This document shows, piece after piece, positions 36,694-46,619 of a DNA stretch of 64,000 bases; position 1 is the first letter of the stretch; the number at the start of each line of letters is the position of its first letter. Source of the DNA: Candidatus Nomurabacteria bacterium (GTDB taxonomy: Bacteria > Patescibacteriota > Minisyncoccia > Phycocordibacterales > UBA918); the NCBI GenBank assembly GCA_020632075.1, contig JACKGH010000001.1, positions 323,216 through 387,215 of the forward strand. The letters are read 5' to 3'. The notes below the pieces were generated by a model. It saw only the letters and a program-made list of their open reading frames with translations, searched no databases and was not told the origin of the DNA. A program made the translations under genes and the position numbers.

Positions 36694-36767
36694 AAAAACT
36701 TCTCAGTTGTATAAAAGGCGCCATGATATACATGACGCCTTGTTGTTTGCAGTCCTGACCGCACACC

Positions 36768-36968
36768 TCAGTGCAGGGTCGGGAACTGTTTCTTGAGGTA
36801 ATCGTCGATCGTGATGGAGTCCGGACCACGAAATGGCCTCGGCAACTCATGATCTATTGGCACCTCCCTATTGACCACAGGGCCAGGCACAGGCTGAGGA
36901 CGTTCGATCGGAACCTCCACGATCTGCAGTTCTGGCACCTGACGAGTGTCGAAAGCCGGAGTTTTCAT
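36768..36968 (-). CDS. Small proline-rich protein (66 aa), hypothetical
   Basis: GGAGGTGG RBS sits 2 nt upstream of the ATG at 36968. No homology recognised. Confidence 0.3.
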   Translation of the reverse strand: MKTPAFDTRQVPELQIVEVPIERPQPVPGPVVNREVPIDHELPRPFRGPDSITIDDYLKKQFPTLH

Positions 36969-37134
36969 AACCACCTCCCCGTACTTGACTTTTTAAAAAA
37001 CAATTGCTTTATAAAAATAGTACTCCTTTATTGTAAAGTGTCAAGTATGTTGCACACAGAAACAAGTGTGTCAAAAACTGCTTGTACAATCTAGCTTTTC
37101 CTATACACTACGAATCTAACAACGATATTTTTGC

Positions 37135-38556
37135 ATGAACACATACTTACAAACCAAGACCAAGATCGTAGGAACACTTGGCCCAAATTCTTCTAGTATC
37201 GAGACTATCAGCAAGATGCTCGAAAATGGCCTTTCGGTCGCTCGCATCAACATGAGTCATGGTGATCACGAGACACACGCTAAGACGATCCGAACCGCCA
37301 GACAAGCCGCCAAGAAGGTTGGACGACCACTCGCGATCCTACAAGATCTCGCTGGGCCAAAGATCCGCATCGGTGATTTTGAAACTGAAGAAGTCACCCT
37401 CCTTCCTGGCAAGGAGCTCATTCTCACCACGCAAAAGTGTGTAGGAACGGTCGACAGAGTGCATGTGAACTACAAAAAACTTCCCCAAGAGGTCAAAGAA
37501 GACACGATCCTTTTCCTCAATGACGGTAAACAAAAACTACGCGTAAAGAAGGTCACCAAGACCGAGATCCACACGGTGATCTGTATTGGAGGCACTATTC
37601 GTGGGCGACGAGGAGTGAATGTACCTGATGGCAATCTATCCGTCTCTTCTCTAACCGCCAAAGATGTAAAGGACCTTAAATTCGGACTTTCTCAGGACGT
37701 CGACTTTATCACCCTTTCTTTTGTTCGCACCGCTGACGATATCATTCGCCTCCGTAAGCTGATCGGTAACACAAAGGATGTGGCCATCGTTGCCAAGATC
37801 GAGACAAAATCAGCGATCGACAACCTCGAAGCGATCGTCGACGCTGCTGATGCGATCATGGTCGCACGTGGTGACCTAGCCATCGAAACACCACTTGAAA
37901 AAGTACCGCTTCTCCAGAAGCGCATCATCAAGATCGCCAACTACGCCGGCAAGCCAGTTATTACCGCTACACAGATGCTCGACTCAATGCGTATTGCAAC
38001 CACTCCAACTCGAGCTGAGGTGGCCGATATTGCAAATGCAATACTTGATGGAACTGACGCGATCATGCTCTCTGATGAAACTGCAGTGGGTAACCATCCT
38101 GAGCGTGCAGTAGAAGTGATGTTACAGGTTGCCCATGAGATCGAGCAAGACGCCTTTTTCATCGATCACCAGAAAGACTGGTCATTTGCAACCCTTACCA
38201 TCTGCGACGCAGTGACTCGCTCGATCGCACGAAGTGTAAAACCAACCCAAGCAAAAGTGATCGCAGCCCTCAGTGAAAGCGGCCACACGGCACGGATGAT
38301 CGCTCGTCACCGTCCGCATGCACCGATCTTGGTACTCACACCAAAACAAAGCACTTTTAACAAAATGCTCTTGGTCTATGGCTGTGAACCAGTCATCATC
38401 AAAAACGTTAAGGGTATGACCAGCGCACGCAAGGTGGCTCGCCGGATCATCGCATCACGTGGCTTGGCCAAAGTTGGCGAGACATTCATCCTCGGAGCTG
38501 GTATTCCATTTGGTAAATCTGGCTCCACCAACACCATGCTCATTGAGCATCTGTAG
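37135..38556 (+). CDS. pyk: Pyruvate kinase
   Basis: KIVGTLGP, ARINMSHGD and MVARGDLAIE motifs, and overall PK domain order. Confidence 0.95.
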   Translation: MNTYLQTKTKIVGTLGPNSSSIETISKMLENGLSVARINMSHGDHETHAKTIRTARQAAKKVGRPLAILQDLAGPKIRIGDFETEEVTLLPGKELILTTQKCVGTVDRVHVNYKKLPQEVKEDTILFLNDGKQKLRVKKVTKTEIHTVICIGGTIRGRRGVNVPDGNLSVSSLTAKDVKDLKFGLSQDVDFITLSFVRTADDIIRLRKLIGNTKDVAIVAKIETKSAIDNLEAIVDAADAIMVARGDLAIETPLEKVPLLQKRIIKIANYAGKPVITATQMLDSMRIATTPTRAEVADIANAILDGTDAIMLSDETAVGNHPERAVEVMLQVAHEIEQDAFFIDHQKDWSFATLTICDAVTRSIARSVKPTQAKVIAALSESGHTARMIARHRPHAPILVLTPKQSTFNKMLLVYGCEPVIIKNVKGMTSARKVARRIIASRGLAKVGETFILGAGIPFGKSGSTNTMLIEHL

Positions 38557-38558
38557 AA

Positions 38559-40007
38559 TTAGTATTGTTCGACCTCAACTTGTTTTGTATGCGGGTGCAC
38601 TAGCTCGACATGCACTGTTTTTTGCTGTACATCGATCGTAGCTTCACAATAGACGTCTTCATGTTCCCAGCGCAACGCAAGCACATGCTCTTCTGTGCCA
38701 GATTTGAGCGTGAAATCACCCTGAAAAGCTGGGTGGTTGCTACGCAAGCGCATTAAACGCAACAATCTTTGAACCACCGGTCGTTGTATCACTTCTTTTA
38801 TCTCATCGTGCGTATAATTATGTCGATTAACATCTCGACCGTGATTGGTTTTCGCGAAGGCTGCATGATCATTTGACCCAGCCAACAAACCCACGTAGTA
38901 CACCTGCGGAATACCTGGAATAAAAAATTGAATTGCCCTGGCTGTGATATACGCATCATCATCTTCACCGAGTGCAGAATAATATGTTGTATTGATCTGA
39001 TAGATATCAAGATTATCAGCAGAAAGTCCATTAGCACGCATCATGGCATTAGCACCATTGTGCTCGATCCGGGACACAGTGGCGTCGATATCTGATTGCG
39101 GCAACAGCCCTTGCACATCGATCACCCCGATCCCATCATGCGTATCAAGCGTAGTGATCTGAGTACTCGGGCGAATCGATATCCAATTTCGCACATACGT
39201 GCAATTACCTACCTGAAGTGCATGTAGTACTAAAAGTGGTAGCGAAAAATCGTAGACCCACTCAACTGAGTTGCTTGCAAGCAATTCCATTTGTTTTTGT
39301 GGGTCGTGATGAATTTCGGCAAGGAGATCAACCCGCGACGGAGTAACACTTCGTAGCCATTCTATGAAATCATACGTCTCAGGTATTAAAAAACTATTGG
39401 TATGCGGTCTCTTTACTGTGTACCCTACCGCATCCAGCCGAATGAGATTGGCACCATTAGCAACTAATGTATCGATGAACTGCTGCATAAGAAGTCGCGT
39501 CTTTGGTGATTCCACATCTAGATCGACCTGGTGATTAGTGAATGTTGTCCAGATACGTTTAGTCGTACCATCCCAAAGTTTGAATGTGGTGAATGGTAAA
39601 GAGGGGTGTGGACGATAGAGGCCCGAGAGCGAATCGAGCTCTGCTTCGTGTCGCTCCAAAAAGGCATCAACCTCAAGAAACATGCTTGCATATGGAGACC
39701 CGTCACCATTTGCTAAATAGTCTTGGAAGTACTCCGATTCATACGAGAGATGATTTACCGTCAGATCAACAACCAGATCATACTGCGTAGAAATACGTCT
39801 GATATCCTCCCAAGTACCAAACGCAGGATCGACAGAGAGGTGTGTCAGTGGTGCAAACCCACGATCAGCTGACGACGGATAAAATGGGAGTATATGTACT
39901 CCACCAATAGCATCTTGAAGATATTCGGTAATAAATCGCTCCACGTCGCTGATCGTTCCACCAAGACTATCAGGGTAAGTTATGAGTTGTACCTGATTGC
40001 GCAGCAT
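38559..40007 (-). CDS. Sucrose phosphorylase-like GH13 family glycoside phosphorylase
   Basis: VQLITYPDSLGG, HILPFYPS, DLTVNHLS, LIRLDAVGY, LDTHDGIGV and FIPGIPQVYYVGLLAG closely follow the sucrose phosphorylase (GtfA) pattern. Confidence 0.85.
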   Translation of the reverse strand: MLRNQVQLITYPDSLGGTISDVERFITEYLQDAIGGVHILPFYPSSADRGFAPLTHLSVDPAFGTWEDIRRISTQYDLVVDLTVNHLSYESEYFQDYLANGDGSPYASMFLEVDAFLERHEAELDSLSGLYRPHPSLPFTTFKLWDGTTKRIWTTFTNHQVDLDVESPKTRLLMQQFIDTLVANGANLIRLDAVGYTVKRPHTNSFLIPETYDFIEWLRSVTPSRVDLLAEIHHDPQKQMELLASNSVEWVYDFSLPLLVLHALQVGNCTYVRNWISIRPSTQITTLDTHDGIGVIDVQGLLPQSDIDATVSRIEHNGANAMMRANGLSADNLDIYQINTTYYSALGEDDDAYITARAIQFFIPGIPQVYYVGLLAGSNDHAAFAKTNHGRDVNRHNYTHDEIKEVIQRPVVQRLLRLMRLRSNHPAFQGDFTLKSGTEEHVLALRWEHEDVYCEATIDVQQKTVHVELVHPHTKQVEVEQY

Positions 40008-40024
40008 AACAGCTCATTTTTACA

Positions 40025-40930
40025 CTATTGTTCGTAAGTTACGCAATCAACGTTTTGACCGGAAGGATTAGCCACGTATGCATAGTACATCTGCACAAAA
40101 GTCGAACCTGGATCAGTAGCAAATACTTTCTTCCAGTGATCAAAATCTTCCGTCTCAGCATTCCCAGAATTCATAATATCAACAATACTACAAAGAGTTA
40201 CCAAACCATTGAATTCTCCTCCGACTCCACACACACCATCCGGTCGCTCCGCGACATACACGTCACCTGTTTCGTCATAGCTAGTGACACGGGCTTTTAC
40301 TTTCGCTGCATCACAGTCGTCAGCGACAGCTTTTCCCATACATGTAACAGCGGTGTTGCTTTCTAGTTTCTGCAGAAACAATAGTTGCTCGATCGGATCA
40401 TCAGGGGCCGTGACCGAACCACATGAATCAAAACGGAGCTTTGGGAACTGTTTATACTCCATTTCAATGGTTGGAACGACTGGCGTCTGAGTTGTATCGG
40501 TGTCAAAATAATCTTCAGGAAATGGGATATACTCTGCGATCTCTGGTGGCTCATACACGTAAGGTTGTGGTGGTATGTATGGTGAAGATACCTCTGTCTC
40601 AGATTGATTTAAATTGTTACCAAGACCAAGCGAAGACTCGTCGCTGAACGATTGTGATTCAATCACCACCACATCATCTCGCCAATCTACTGCAGCAGTC
40701 TCTGGCAAAACCACTTCCTCAGTCTCGACTTCTGACACAGGAGCCACCTCTTCTTCTATTGGCATTTCACTTGGCAGCGGCTGTATATTTACCGTTTCAA
40801 TATTGTTGTACACTACCGGTGGCGCCTCCTCTTCTAGCGCTCCTCTAAAGAAAAAAGAGAGTACCGCAATTATCATAAAAACAACCGCGACAACGCCTAG
40901 GAAGATGATTTTTTTCGTGTCAGAATCCAT
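40025..40930 (-). CDS. Membrane-anchored extracellular protein with an acidic linker and a Cys-rich C-terminal domain, hypothetical
   Basis: N-terminal TM helix, a Glu/Pro/Val-rich low-complexity region, and 8 Cys in the C-terminal 140 aa. Confidence 0.45.
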   Translation of the reverse strand: MDSDTKKIIFLGVVAVVFMIIAVLSFFFRGALEEEAPPVVYNNIETVNIQPLPSEMPIEEEVAPVSEVETEEVVLPETAAVDWRDDVVVIESQSFSDESSLGLGNNLNQSETEVSSPYIPPQPYVYEPPEIAEYIPFPEDYFDTDTTQTPVVPTIEMEYKQFPKLRFDSCGSVTAPDDPIEQLLFLQKLESNTAVTCMGKAVADDCDAAKVKARVTSYDETGDVYVAERPDGVCGVGGEFNGLVTLCSIVDIMNSGNAETEDFDHWKKVFATDPGSTFVQMYYAYVANPSGQNVDCVTYEQ

Positions 40931-40985
40931 AGCGTAATCATACCATCAATGTTTGTCATTAATACGAAAAACAAAGGGGCTCCGT

Positions 40986-41045
40986 GTAAATTACAGGCAG
41001 CAAAAAACTGAGCTTTCGCTCAGTTTTTTGCTGCCTGTAATTTAC
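40986..41045. repeat. 60-bp perfect inverted repeat (28-bp arms, ~4-nt loop): gtaaattacaggcagcaaaaaactgagc-tttc-gctcagttttttgctgcctgtaatttac
   Basis: Seen directly in the sequence. Sits just downstream of the stop at 41055 of the 41055-41882 gene, on the minus strand. Confidence 0.8.
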
Positions 41046-41054
41046 TATTTAAGA

Positions 41055-41882
41055 CTATTCAACTTCCAGCGTATCACTGGTCACCTCTTCATCATATGAG
41101 TTGTCCAAAAATAGCCTAAATTCGTATTCTCCGGCATTGTAGATAGTGAACTCAACGGTACCATCAGTATCATCTGCAATGTACTTCCAGAGAATGTATT
41201 CCTTGTCACCATCGCCTGGTTCATACATACCGATCCAGTTCTGATTGCCGGTTTCATCCCGCGGAACCTCCCAATCAACCTTGACTGAATCGCCCTCATC
41301 GATCGTGCGGTCACTCAACTCAAGCACGAAATCATCACTACTTCCACGGTCGTCAGTGTAGAACGACTTGATCGCTCCGTATTCACGATCACCGTCTGGG
41401 TCTTCTGCTACTGCACGGAAATAATAGCGCTCATCTGCATCAAGATCATCAATGTTAATTGTGAAGGTTTGTTCATCTCCACGTGAATCATAGAGTGTTC
41501 GCTTGCTAGTACGATCATCGAGATCATCATCCTGACCGTATTCAAACCACACCTCTACAGAACGTGCAGTATCGAGATCCACTTCCCCACGAAGATCAGC
41601 GTCTTCATCGGTAACATCACGCGGCGTTAGAGTTGTAACATCGATGTTGTAGTCTGAACTCCCACGAACCACCACAGTGCTATAGTCAGTGAACTCACCG
41701 GTACGCCAAGCATTGAGCAACGCCTGGAGCTGTAGCAATTGTCCATACACATACGCAATGAGCTCCTGCTCAGTTTGTGGACGATATGTTGCAGCACTTG
41801 CTTCCTGTGGGGCTGCAGAAAGAAGCCCGAGCGCTACAATTACCACGCCGGTCACCATCTGTTGTGCTTTAGTACGTAACAT
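41055..41882 (-). CDS. Secreted Asp-rich acidic protein (possible Ca-binding), hypothetical
   Basis: Signal peptide (MLRTKAQQMVTGVVIVALGLLSAAPQEASA), then many DxD/DDxD clusters. Confidence 0.45.
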   Translation of the reverse strand: MLRTKAQQMVTGVVIVALGLLSAAPQEASAATYRPQTEQELIAYVYGQLLQLQALLNAWRTGEFTDYSTVVVRGSSDYNIDVTTLTPRDVTDEDADLRGEVDLDTARSVEVWFEYGQDDDLDDRTSKRTLYDSRGDEQTFTINIDDLDADERYYFRAVAEDPDGDREYGAIKSFYTDDRGSSDDFVLELSDRTIDEGDSVKVDWEVPRDETGNQNWIGMYEPGDGDKEYILWKYIADDTDGTVEFTIYNAGEYEFRLFLDNSYDEEVTSDTLEVE

Positions 41883-41929
41883 AATCATAGTATAAGCGAT
41901 TAGAGTTGCATTATACCACAATTATTGAA

Positions 41930-43222
41930 TTAAGCAATATTCCGCCACATATCCTCTTGTCTGACTAGAAGCTTAGAGGCTCGCTCTGGCTCTGCCATAA
42001 CCTCTTCCACGATCCGCTCTGCTCGAATACCTTGTGAGGCCTTAACGAGTACTACATCTCCCGGCTCGAGAAAATTTTGGAGTTCCCTGCCTGCGCGCAT
42101 GACATCATCGTATTGAAACACTGTCTTATCAGACAGTCCAGCTGCCAAGGCTCCTTCTGCGATCTGCCGTGCACGTACACCAACTGTAAAGAGGATGTCT
42201 GCAACTTCTGGCACCATTTCGCCGATTCGCTTATGTTCACTGGTCGAATACTTTCCAAGCTCGAGCATGTCACCAAGCACAGCGATCTTCCGTTTGGCGT
42301 GCTTAAGCTCACCGAGAGCCTGGAGTGCATGCTCAGTCGCGATCGGTGAAGAGTTGTATGTGTCATCGATCAGTGTTGTCCCTTTGATACCAGAGATGAT
42401 CCGCATGCGACCCTTTGGCGCCTCAATAGATTGTAATGCTGTAACAGCCCGCTCTATTGACACTCCGAGCTCTACTGCTACTGCTACTGCCGCACTACAA
42501 GAGTACACATGCTGTGTACCTACCGTATCGGGCACGAACACTTTATGCTTTTGACTCTCATATTCAACTGAAAATTCAACCCCAACCGGCACATCATCCT
42601 TGTATACCACCCTATCGCCACGTGCAGTGAAATTCGTTTCGAGATACCGACCAAAACCGATCCGTTGCTGTCGCACGTCAGTGAGATTGGCCTGAATGGT
42701 CGTATCGTCATTGTTATAGATCAACTTACCACCTTCACGAAGCGCCGAAACCAAACGCATTTTCTCAGCCACGATCGCATCTGGCGATGCAAAGTACTCG
42801 ACATGGACCGGAACTGCTGGCAACCTGGTCAACACAACAATGTCGGGCTTCAGCCACTGCGTGAGCTTTTCCATGTCACCCGGTCGGTCGATCCCAGTCT
42901 CAAGCACTAGTACATCAGGGTACTTTCTTGTGAATGCTGCGGTATAAAAACCATCAATGATATTTCGAAGCCACAAAAAAGGATTGCTCCACGCGTTCGG
43001 TAGACCAAGCACCGTCAACGGCACCCCGATCTCAGAATTAAAGCTCTTTTGACTCTTTCGTGCATACACATCGTTCTTGATGGCGGCATAGATAGCGTCC
43101 TTGGTCGAGGTTTTGCCAACACTGCCAGTCACCGCCACCACCGTTGGCTTGTGACGACGTAGTAACATCGCTGCTTCAGCGGTCAGTATTCGGACAACGA
43201 TTGATTTAAAGACTCCTTTCAT
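41930..43222 (-). CDS. murF: Mur ligase family protein, MurF-like (UDP-MurNAc-pentapeptide synthetase) lacking the usual N-terminal domain
   Basis: ATP site VVAVTGSVGKTSTKD about 28 aa from the start, IDDTYNSSP (compare MurF DDSYNANP) and the C-terminal Mur ligase domain. In the dcw cluster it sits directly after ftsI. Confidence 0.7.
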   Translation of the reverse strand: MKGVFKSIVVRILTAEAAMLLRRHKPTVVAVTGSVGKTSTKDAIYAAIKNDVYARKSQKSFNSEIGVPLTVLGLPNAWSNPFLWLRNIIDGFYTAAFTRKYPDVLVLETGIDRPGDMEKLTQWLKPDIVVLTRLPAVPVHVEYFASPDAIVAEKMRLVSALREGGKLIYNNDDTTIQANLTDVRQQRIGFGRYLETNFTARGDRVVYKDDVPVGVEFSVEYESQKHKVFVPDTVGTQHVYSCSAAVAVAVELGVSIERAVTALQSIEAPKGRMRIISGIKGTTLIDDTYNSSPIATEHALQALGELKHAKRKIAVLGDMLELGKYSTSEHKRIGEMVPEVADILFTVGVRARQIAEGALAAGLSDKTVFQYDDVMRAGRELQNFLEPGDVVLVKASQGIRAERIVEEVMAEPERASKLLVRQEDMWRNIA

Positions 43223-43224
43223 AC

Positions 43225-44946
43225 TTAGCGATCCGGCGGAATAGAGTAGTAATTGATCAAAAACTTAGTGATCTCCATAAATGGAGTCGTTAGCGTCTCA
43301 GACGCGTATCGCACCCCCTTTGGTTCTACAGTATACATGAAAATGATGAATTTTGGCTCAAACGCTGGAAAGTAACCGAAAAATGAGTGTAGGAATTTGT
43401 CCTCATAATAGCCTCCATTTACTGGATCCGGGATCTGTGCCGTACCGGTTTTTGCGCCAATTGTATGATGTGGCAACGCAACCGTTCCGTTGCGAAGCGC
43501 ATCATCAACCACAATACTTAACATACGAGAGATCTCTTCACCGGTCTCTGGCTTGAGCACTTGCTTACCTTCCGGATATCGTACTTCCTTCACCTCACCG
43601 TCATCATATTCAATACGCTTCACCAGATGAGGGGTCACTAACTTCCCGCCATTACCAAGTGTTGCAAGTGCACGAACTGTTTCGACCGGTGTCATCGCAA
43701 TTCCTTGTCCAAACGATGCCGTGGCATACTCAACATCACGAGGAGACTGCAAGTTGTCCACCAAACCATGCACTTCATTTGGCAGATCAATACCGGTTTC
43801 ACTGCCGAGCTTGTAGCTCAGAAAGTAATCTCGAAAACGATCCTTCCCCATTTGACCAACTACCCAAGATACACCTGTGTTCAGTGATTGATTCAAAATT
43901 TCTTGCATTGGCACGGTACCGCGACCACGACCATCGAAGTTCCTGATCGTGTAGTCATCAACCTCGATGAATCCGGCATCATAGTAGGTGGAATATGGCA
44001 AAATTGCACCAGAATCTAAACCAGCAGCCATAGTGAGCGGCTTGATGATCGATCCCATTTCATACACATCTTCCACGAGTGGATTGCGAAACTGGTCAAT
44101 TGTCGCCCCACCGCGATCGTTGAGATCGAAGCCAGGTACTGCATTCATAGCAATGATCTCACCCGTATTTGGATCCATGATGATCGCCCCTGTTAGTTCA
44201 CTTTCGTACTGATCATTTGTTTCTTGCAAAATTGAATCAAGCATGCGCGCAACTGAAGGTTCAAGCGTAGTGACCACATCACCAGTTCGAACGTCGTCTT
44301 TCTTGTATACAAGCTCACCCAAATTACTGAACAACTCCGCAAAGAAATTTACCGACAGCACTTGCCGCTTTTCAAACAGGACGTCGTCATACTGGCGCTC
44401 CAAACCGTACTTTCCACGCAGTTCAGTCCCTTCGTCGGCATATCCAATAAAGCCGATCGAGCGAGCCGCCAGTGAGCCGCCCGGATAGTATCGCCACTGG
44501 TTCTTGTAGAGCTGCGCCCCATCGATATCGAGTGCTTCGATCGCTTCTGATTGCTCAGCTGAAATACGGTCATTAAGCTCCACGTAGGTTCGCCCTTCAG
44601 CACTGACTCGCTCCGTACAGCGTTCAACTCCGTCTGCCAGGTACCCTGAAAGCAACTGGCAAAACTGCTCAGCCGGCATGGTGAAGTGTTCTGGATTAGC
44701 AGCAAGGACATATCCTGACTGAATTGCGGCCGCTGAGAGTGTCGTGCCGTCGCGGGTGGTAAACAAAATAGACCCACGAGAATACAAGTCGGTCTTGGTA
44801 TGCACATACTGACTATCAGCTTTTGCTTGATACTGCTCTGCGTTGACGATCTGGATCTGATACAACCGCCCCAACAACACCAAACCCCCGAGGATAATCA
44901 CCCCCGAAAGCAATCGGATTCGCACTGTCAGTTTTTTGCGGTTCAT
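43225..44946 (-). CDS. ftsI: Peptidoglycan D,D-transpeptidase (class B PBP, FtsI-like)
   Basis: N-terminal TM, then SxxK (GSIIKP), SxN and KTGT (GAKTGTAQI) motifs. Confidence 0.85.
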   Translation of the reverse strand: MNRKKLTVRIRLLSGVIILGGLVLLGRLYQIQIVNAEQYQAKADSQYVHTKTDLYSRGSILFTTRDGTTLSAAAIQSGYVLAANPEHFTMPAEQFCQLLSGYLADGVERCTERVSAEGRTYVELNDRISAEQSEAIEALDIDGAQLYKNQWRYYPGGSLAARSIGFIGYADEGTELRGKYGLERQYDDVLFEKRQVLSVNFFAELFSNLGELVYKKDDVRTGDVVTTLEPSVARMLDSILQETNDQYESELTGAIIMDPNTGEIIAMNAVPGFDLNDRGGATIDQFRNPLVEDVYEMGSIIKPLTMAAGLDSGAILPYSTYYDAGFIEVDDYTIRNFDGRGRGTVPMQEILNQSLNTGVSWVVGQMGKDRFRDYFLSYKLGSETGIDLPNEVHGLVDNLQSPRDVEYATASFGQGIAMTPVETVRALATLGNGGKLVTPHLVKRIEYDDGEVKEVRYPEGKQVLKPETGEEISRMLSIVVDDALRNGTVALPHHTIGAKTGTAQIPDPVNGGYYEDKFLHSFFGYFPAFEPKFIIFMYTVEPKGVRYASETLTTPFMEITKFLINYYSIPPDR

Positions 44947-44954
44947 ATCTGCAG

Positions 44955-45260
44955 CTACTGGCCTCCGTACACCAGACTAGTGTCGGCTCGAGAGACAAAT
45001 ATCTTTGGAATATCTGTATTATAGCCTTCTAGTGTCGCAATGCGAGCTGCAATGACATGCTGCGCCTCGATATACTTAGCTTCAAGCGCAGCGATCTCTG
45101 CTTGCAGTTCACGCTGCTCTTGTACGCTTTCGGTTCGCATTACTACTTGTACCACTGACATATTGAGGAAATACAGGTACAGCGCAACTGCAGATACCAA
45201 AAGACACACACAGCCGATGGTTGCCTTCGAATATGAAATTGTGTCGCGACTTTTACTCAT
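44955..45260 (-). CDS. FtsL-like cell-division protein (single TM plus coiled coil)
   Basis: Small bitopic protein with a heptad-like region (QEQRELQAEIAALEAKYIEAQ), sitting between rsmH and ftsI as in dcw clusters. Confidence 0.5.
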   Translation of the reverse strand: MSKSRDTISYSKATIGCVCLLVSAVALYLYFLNMSVVQVVMRTESVQEQRELQAEIAALEAKYIEAQHVIAARIATLEGYNTDIPKIFVSRADTSLVYGGQ

Positions 45261-45264
45261 GTTT

Positions 45265-46164
45265 CTATGCACTTTGCTCTACGTTTTTGGTAATAACTCG
45301 CAATTTTGCACTGCGGGCGCGCGGGTTTTCTTTGAGTTCCTCCTCGCTTGGAACGATCGGTTTCTTTGGGGTGAGGACGGCTAATCCGGAGTCTTTAAGC
45401 TCCCGAAACGAGTGCTTTACCACTCGATCCTCAATACTGTGAAAGGTGATGATTGCCATCTTCCCGCCTGGTTTCAGTGCCGTAAATCCGTCTTTGATGA
45501 ACTGTTCAAGTACAGTCAGTTCTTCATTTACCGCTATACGAAGCGCCTGGAAGGTGCGGGTGGCTGGGTGGATCTTGCCGCGGCGCGCTGCCTTCGGCAG
45601 CGCGCCTTCCACGATCTCCACCAATTGCTTGGTCGAAGTGATCCGTGAATAGTGCCGCTGCTCGACTATTGCTTTCGCAATGCGCCTCGCGAACCGTTCC
45701 TGCGAATATCCGTACAGAATGTCCGCAATAACGTGCTCTTCCCAGTCATTAACGATATCCTCAGCTGTAAATGCGTATTGGTCTGGATCACCGAAGGTCA
45801 TGTGCAAGGGTCCATCGTGGAGAAAAGAAAATCCCTTGTTACCATCAGCAAACTGTTCCATCCGCCATCCCAAATCAGCCAAGATGCCATCTACTCTTTC
45901 GATATGTAAAGAACGAAGAATGTTCGTAATGTTGCCAAAATTGTCATGAACCAGATGTACCTGTGGAGCGGTGCCATCTAACTTCGATCGGTCGAACGCA
46001 GTTTTATCTGCATCGATTCCGATGTAACAACCTTGTTCCTCTAACTTCTGTGCTATTTCCCTGGCATGTCCGCCGCCGCCGAACGTAGCATCCACAACGA
46101 TACTTTGCGGTGTCAGCGCAAGTGCCTCCACTGCTTCATGCAGTAAGACGGTTTTGTGCGTCAT
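45265..46164 (-). CDS. rsmH: 16S rRNA (cytosine1402-N4)-methyltransferase RsmH (MraW)
   Basis: LLHEAVEAL, DATFGGGGH and DLGWRMEQF motifs. Confidence 0.9.
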   Translation of the reverse strand: MTHKTVLLHEAVEALALTPQSIVVDATFGGGGHAREIAQKLEEQGCYIGIDADKTAFDRSKLDGTAPQVHLVHDNFGNITNILRSLHIERVDGILADLGWRMEQFADGNKGFSFLHDGPLHMTFGDPDQYAFTAEDIVNDWEEHVIADILYGYSQERFARRIAKAIVEQRHYSRITSTKQLVEIVEGALPKAARRGKIHPATRTFQALRIAVNEELTVLEQFIKDGFTALKPGGKMAIITFHSIEDRVVKHSFRELKDSGLAVLTPKKPIVPSEEELKENPRARSAKLRVITKNVEQSA

Positions 46165-46184
46165 GTATTTACGTTAGGTAGTTT

Positions 46185-46619
46185 CTAAAGGACGCCAATC
46201 TCTCCAAGCTTTTCGGCCAATGCATCGGCCTGCTTTTCGATAGCGCGTTTATAGGTCTCCCATCGTTTCTCATCCCAAATCTCGATACGATCATGGATGC
46301 CGGCTAAGACTACTTTCGTGTCTAATCCGCCAAAATCTTTCAAGAAGTCTGGCACGAGAATACGTCCAACTGAATCTACCTCCACCTCTACTGCTCCCGA
46401 TAAGAAGAATCGATTGAAACTTCTTGTGTCCGCTTGACCAAGTGGGAGCTGACCAACCTTTTCGGTGATCTTCTCCCACTCTTTGAGCGGATATACAAAG
46501 AGACAGTTATCGAGTCCTCGGGTTACAACCAATTTTTTCCCAAGTTCCTTGCGCCACTTAGACGGCAAGGACAGCCGTTTCTTAGGATCCAACGTATGGG
46601 TGTATTCTCCGATTAACAT
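46185..46619 (-). CDS. mraZ: Transcriptional regulator MraZ
   Basis: Two SpoVT/AbrB-like repeats: MLIGEYTHTLDPKKRLSLPSKWR and a second DxxGRILVP copy. Start taken at the MLIGEY Met. Confidence 0.85.
   Translation of the reverse strand: MLIGEYTHTLDPKKRLSLPSKWRKELGKKLVVTRGLDNCLFVYPLKEWEKITEKVGQLPLGQADTRSFNRFFLSGAVEVEVDSVGRILVPDFLKDFGGLDTKVVLAGIHDRIEIWDEKRWETYKRAIEKQADALAEKLGEIGVL

Noticed and set aside
36339-36764. 141-aa minus-strand ORF
   Set aside because: Overlaps the plus-strand small membrane protein gene, which has an RBS and a clean terminator. The minus ORF has neither.
36771-37094. 107-aa plus-strand ORF
   Set aside because: Runs through the pyk promoter region and has no RBS. The opposite-strand small ORF with GGAGGTGG is marginally better supported.
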